DNA of 64,000 bases, from assembly GCF_045037415.1 (NCBI RefSeq), contig NZ_CP173438.1; one strand, given 5' to 3'. Below are positions 63,798-64,000 of this stretch, one piece after another. Under the pieces are notes generated by a model. That model ran no database searches. It was not told where the DNA came from and was given only the letters and a program-made list of their open reading frames with translations. The stretch is from Escherichia coli. GTDB lineage: Bacteria > Pseudomonadota > Gammaproteobacteria > Enterobacterales > Enterobacteriaceae. The first letter of the stretch is position 1. Every line of letters starts with the position of its first letter. A program made the translations under genes and the position numbers.

Positions 63798-64000
63798 ATG
63801 AGTAACGCGATTACGATGGGGATATTTTGGCATTTGATCGGCGCGGCCAGTGCAGCCTGTTTTTACGCGCCGTTCAAAAAAGTAAAAAAGTGGTCATGGG
63901 AAACCATGTGGTCAGTCGGTGGGATTGTTTCGTGGATTATCCTGCCGTGGGCCATCAGCGCCCTGTTACTACCGAATTTCTGGGCGTATTACAGCTCATT
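63798..64000 (+). CDS. rhaT: L-rhamnose-proton symporter, 5' portion (continues past window end)
   Basis: ATG at 63798; [38 protein letters not shown]; divergent from sodA as in K-12. Confidence 0.85.

Overview
The window is recognisably Escherichia coli chromosome. Gene content and order are colinear, in inverted orientation, with the E. coli K-12 segment from sthA/oxyR through argHBC-argE, ppc, eptC, the frw/pfl cluster, ptsA-fsaB-gldA, katG, metF, metLB/metJ, priA, cytR, ftsN, hslVU, menA, glpFKX, tpiA, pfkA and cpxPRA to sodA/rhaT. I call about 58 protein-coding genes, the OxyS sRNA, a probable CpxQ 3'UTR sRNA, several REP/BIME repeat clusters, terminators and a few operator sites. All gene identities come from reading the translated ORFs against remembered E. 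coli proteins and K-12 gene order; nothing was searched against a database. Two places break K-12 synteny and are the only accessory-looking DNA. First, about 2.8 kb sits between metF and metL, where K-12 (from memory) has only a few hundred bp: it carries a signal-peptide-bearing metallophosphoesterase/5'-nucleotidase-family gene (29299..30852, minus) and a divergently transcribed 376-aa cysteine-rich ORF (30985..32115, plus) whose N-terminus has two C4 zinc-ribbon motifs resembling IS1 InsA / IS1595-type transposase zinc fingers. This pair is the best candidate for an undescribed system, but its function is unknown and I cannot confirm it is undescribed. Second, at the window start the gene upstream of sthA is not fabR, as K-12 order predicts, but the 5' part of an M20D-family amidohydrolase (1..695, minus), separated from sthA by an AT-rich spacer of about 330 bp. 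No rRNA, tRNA, CRISPR array, integrase or prophage genes were seen.
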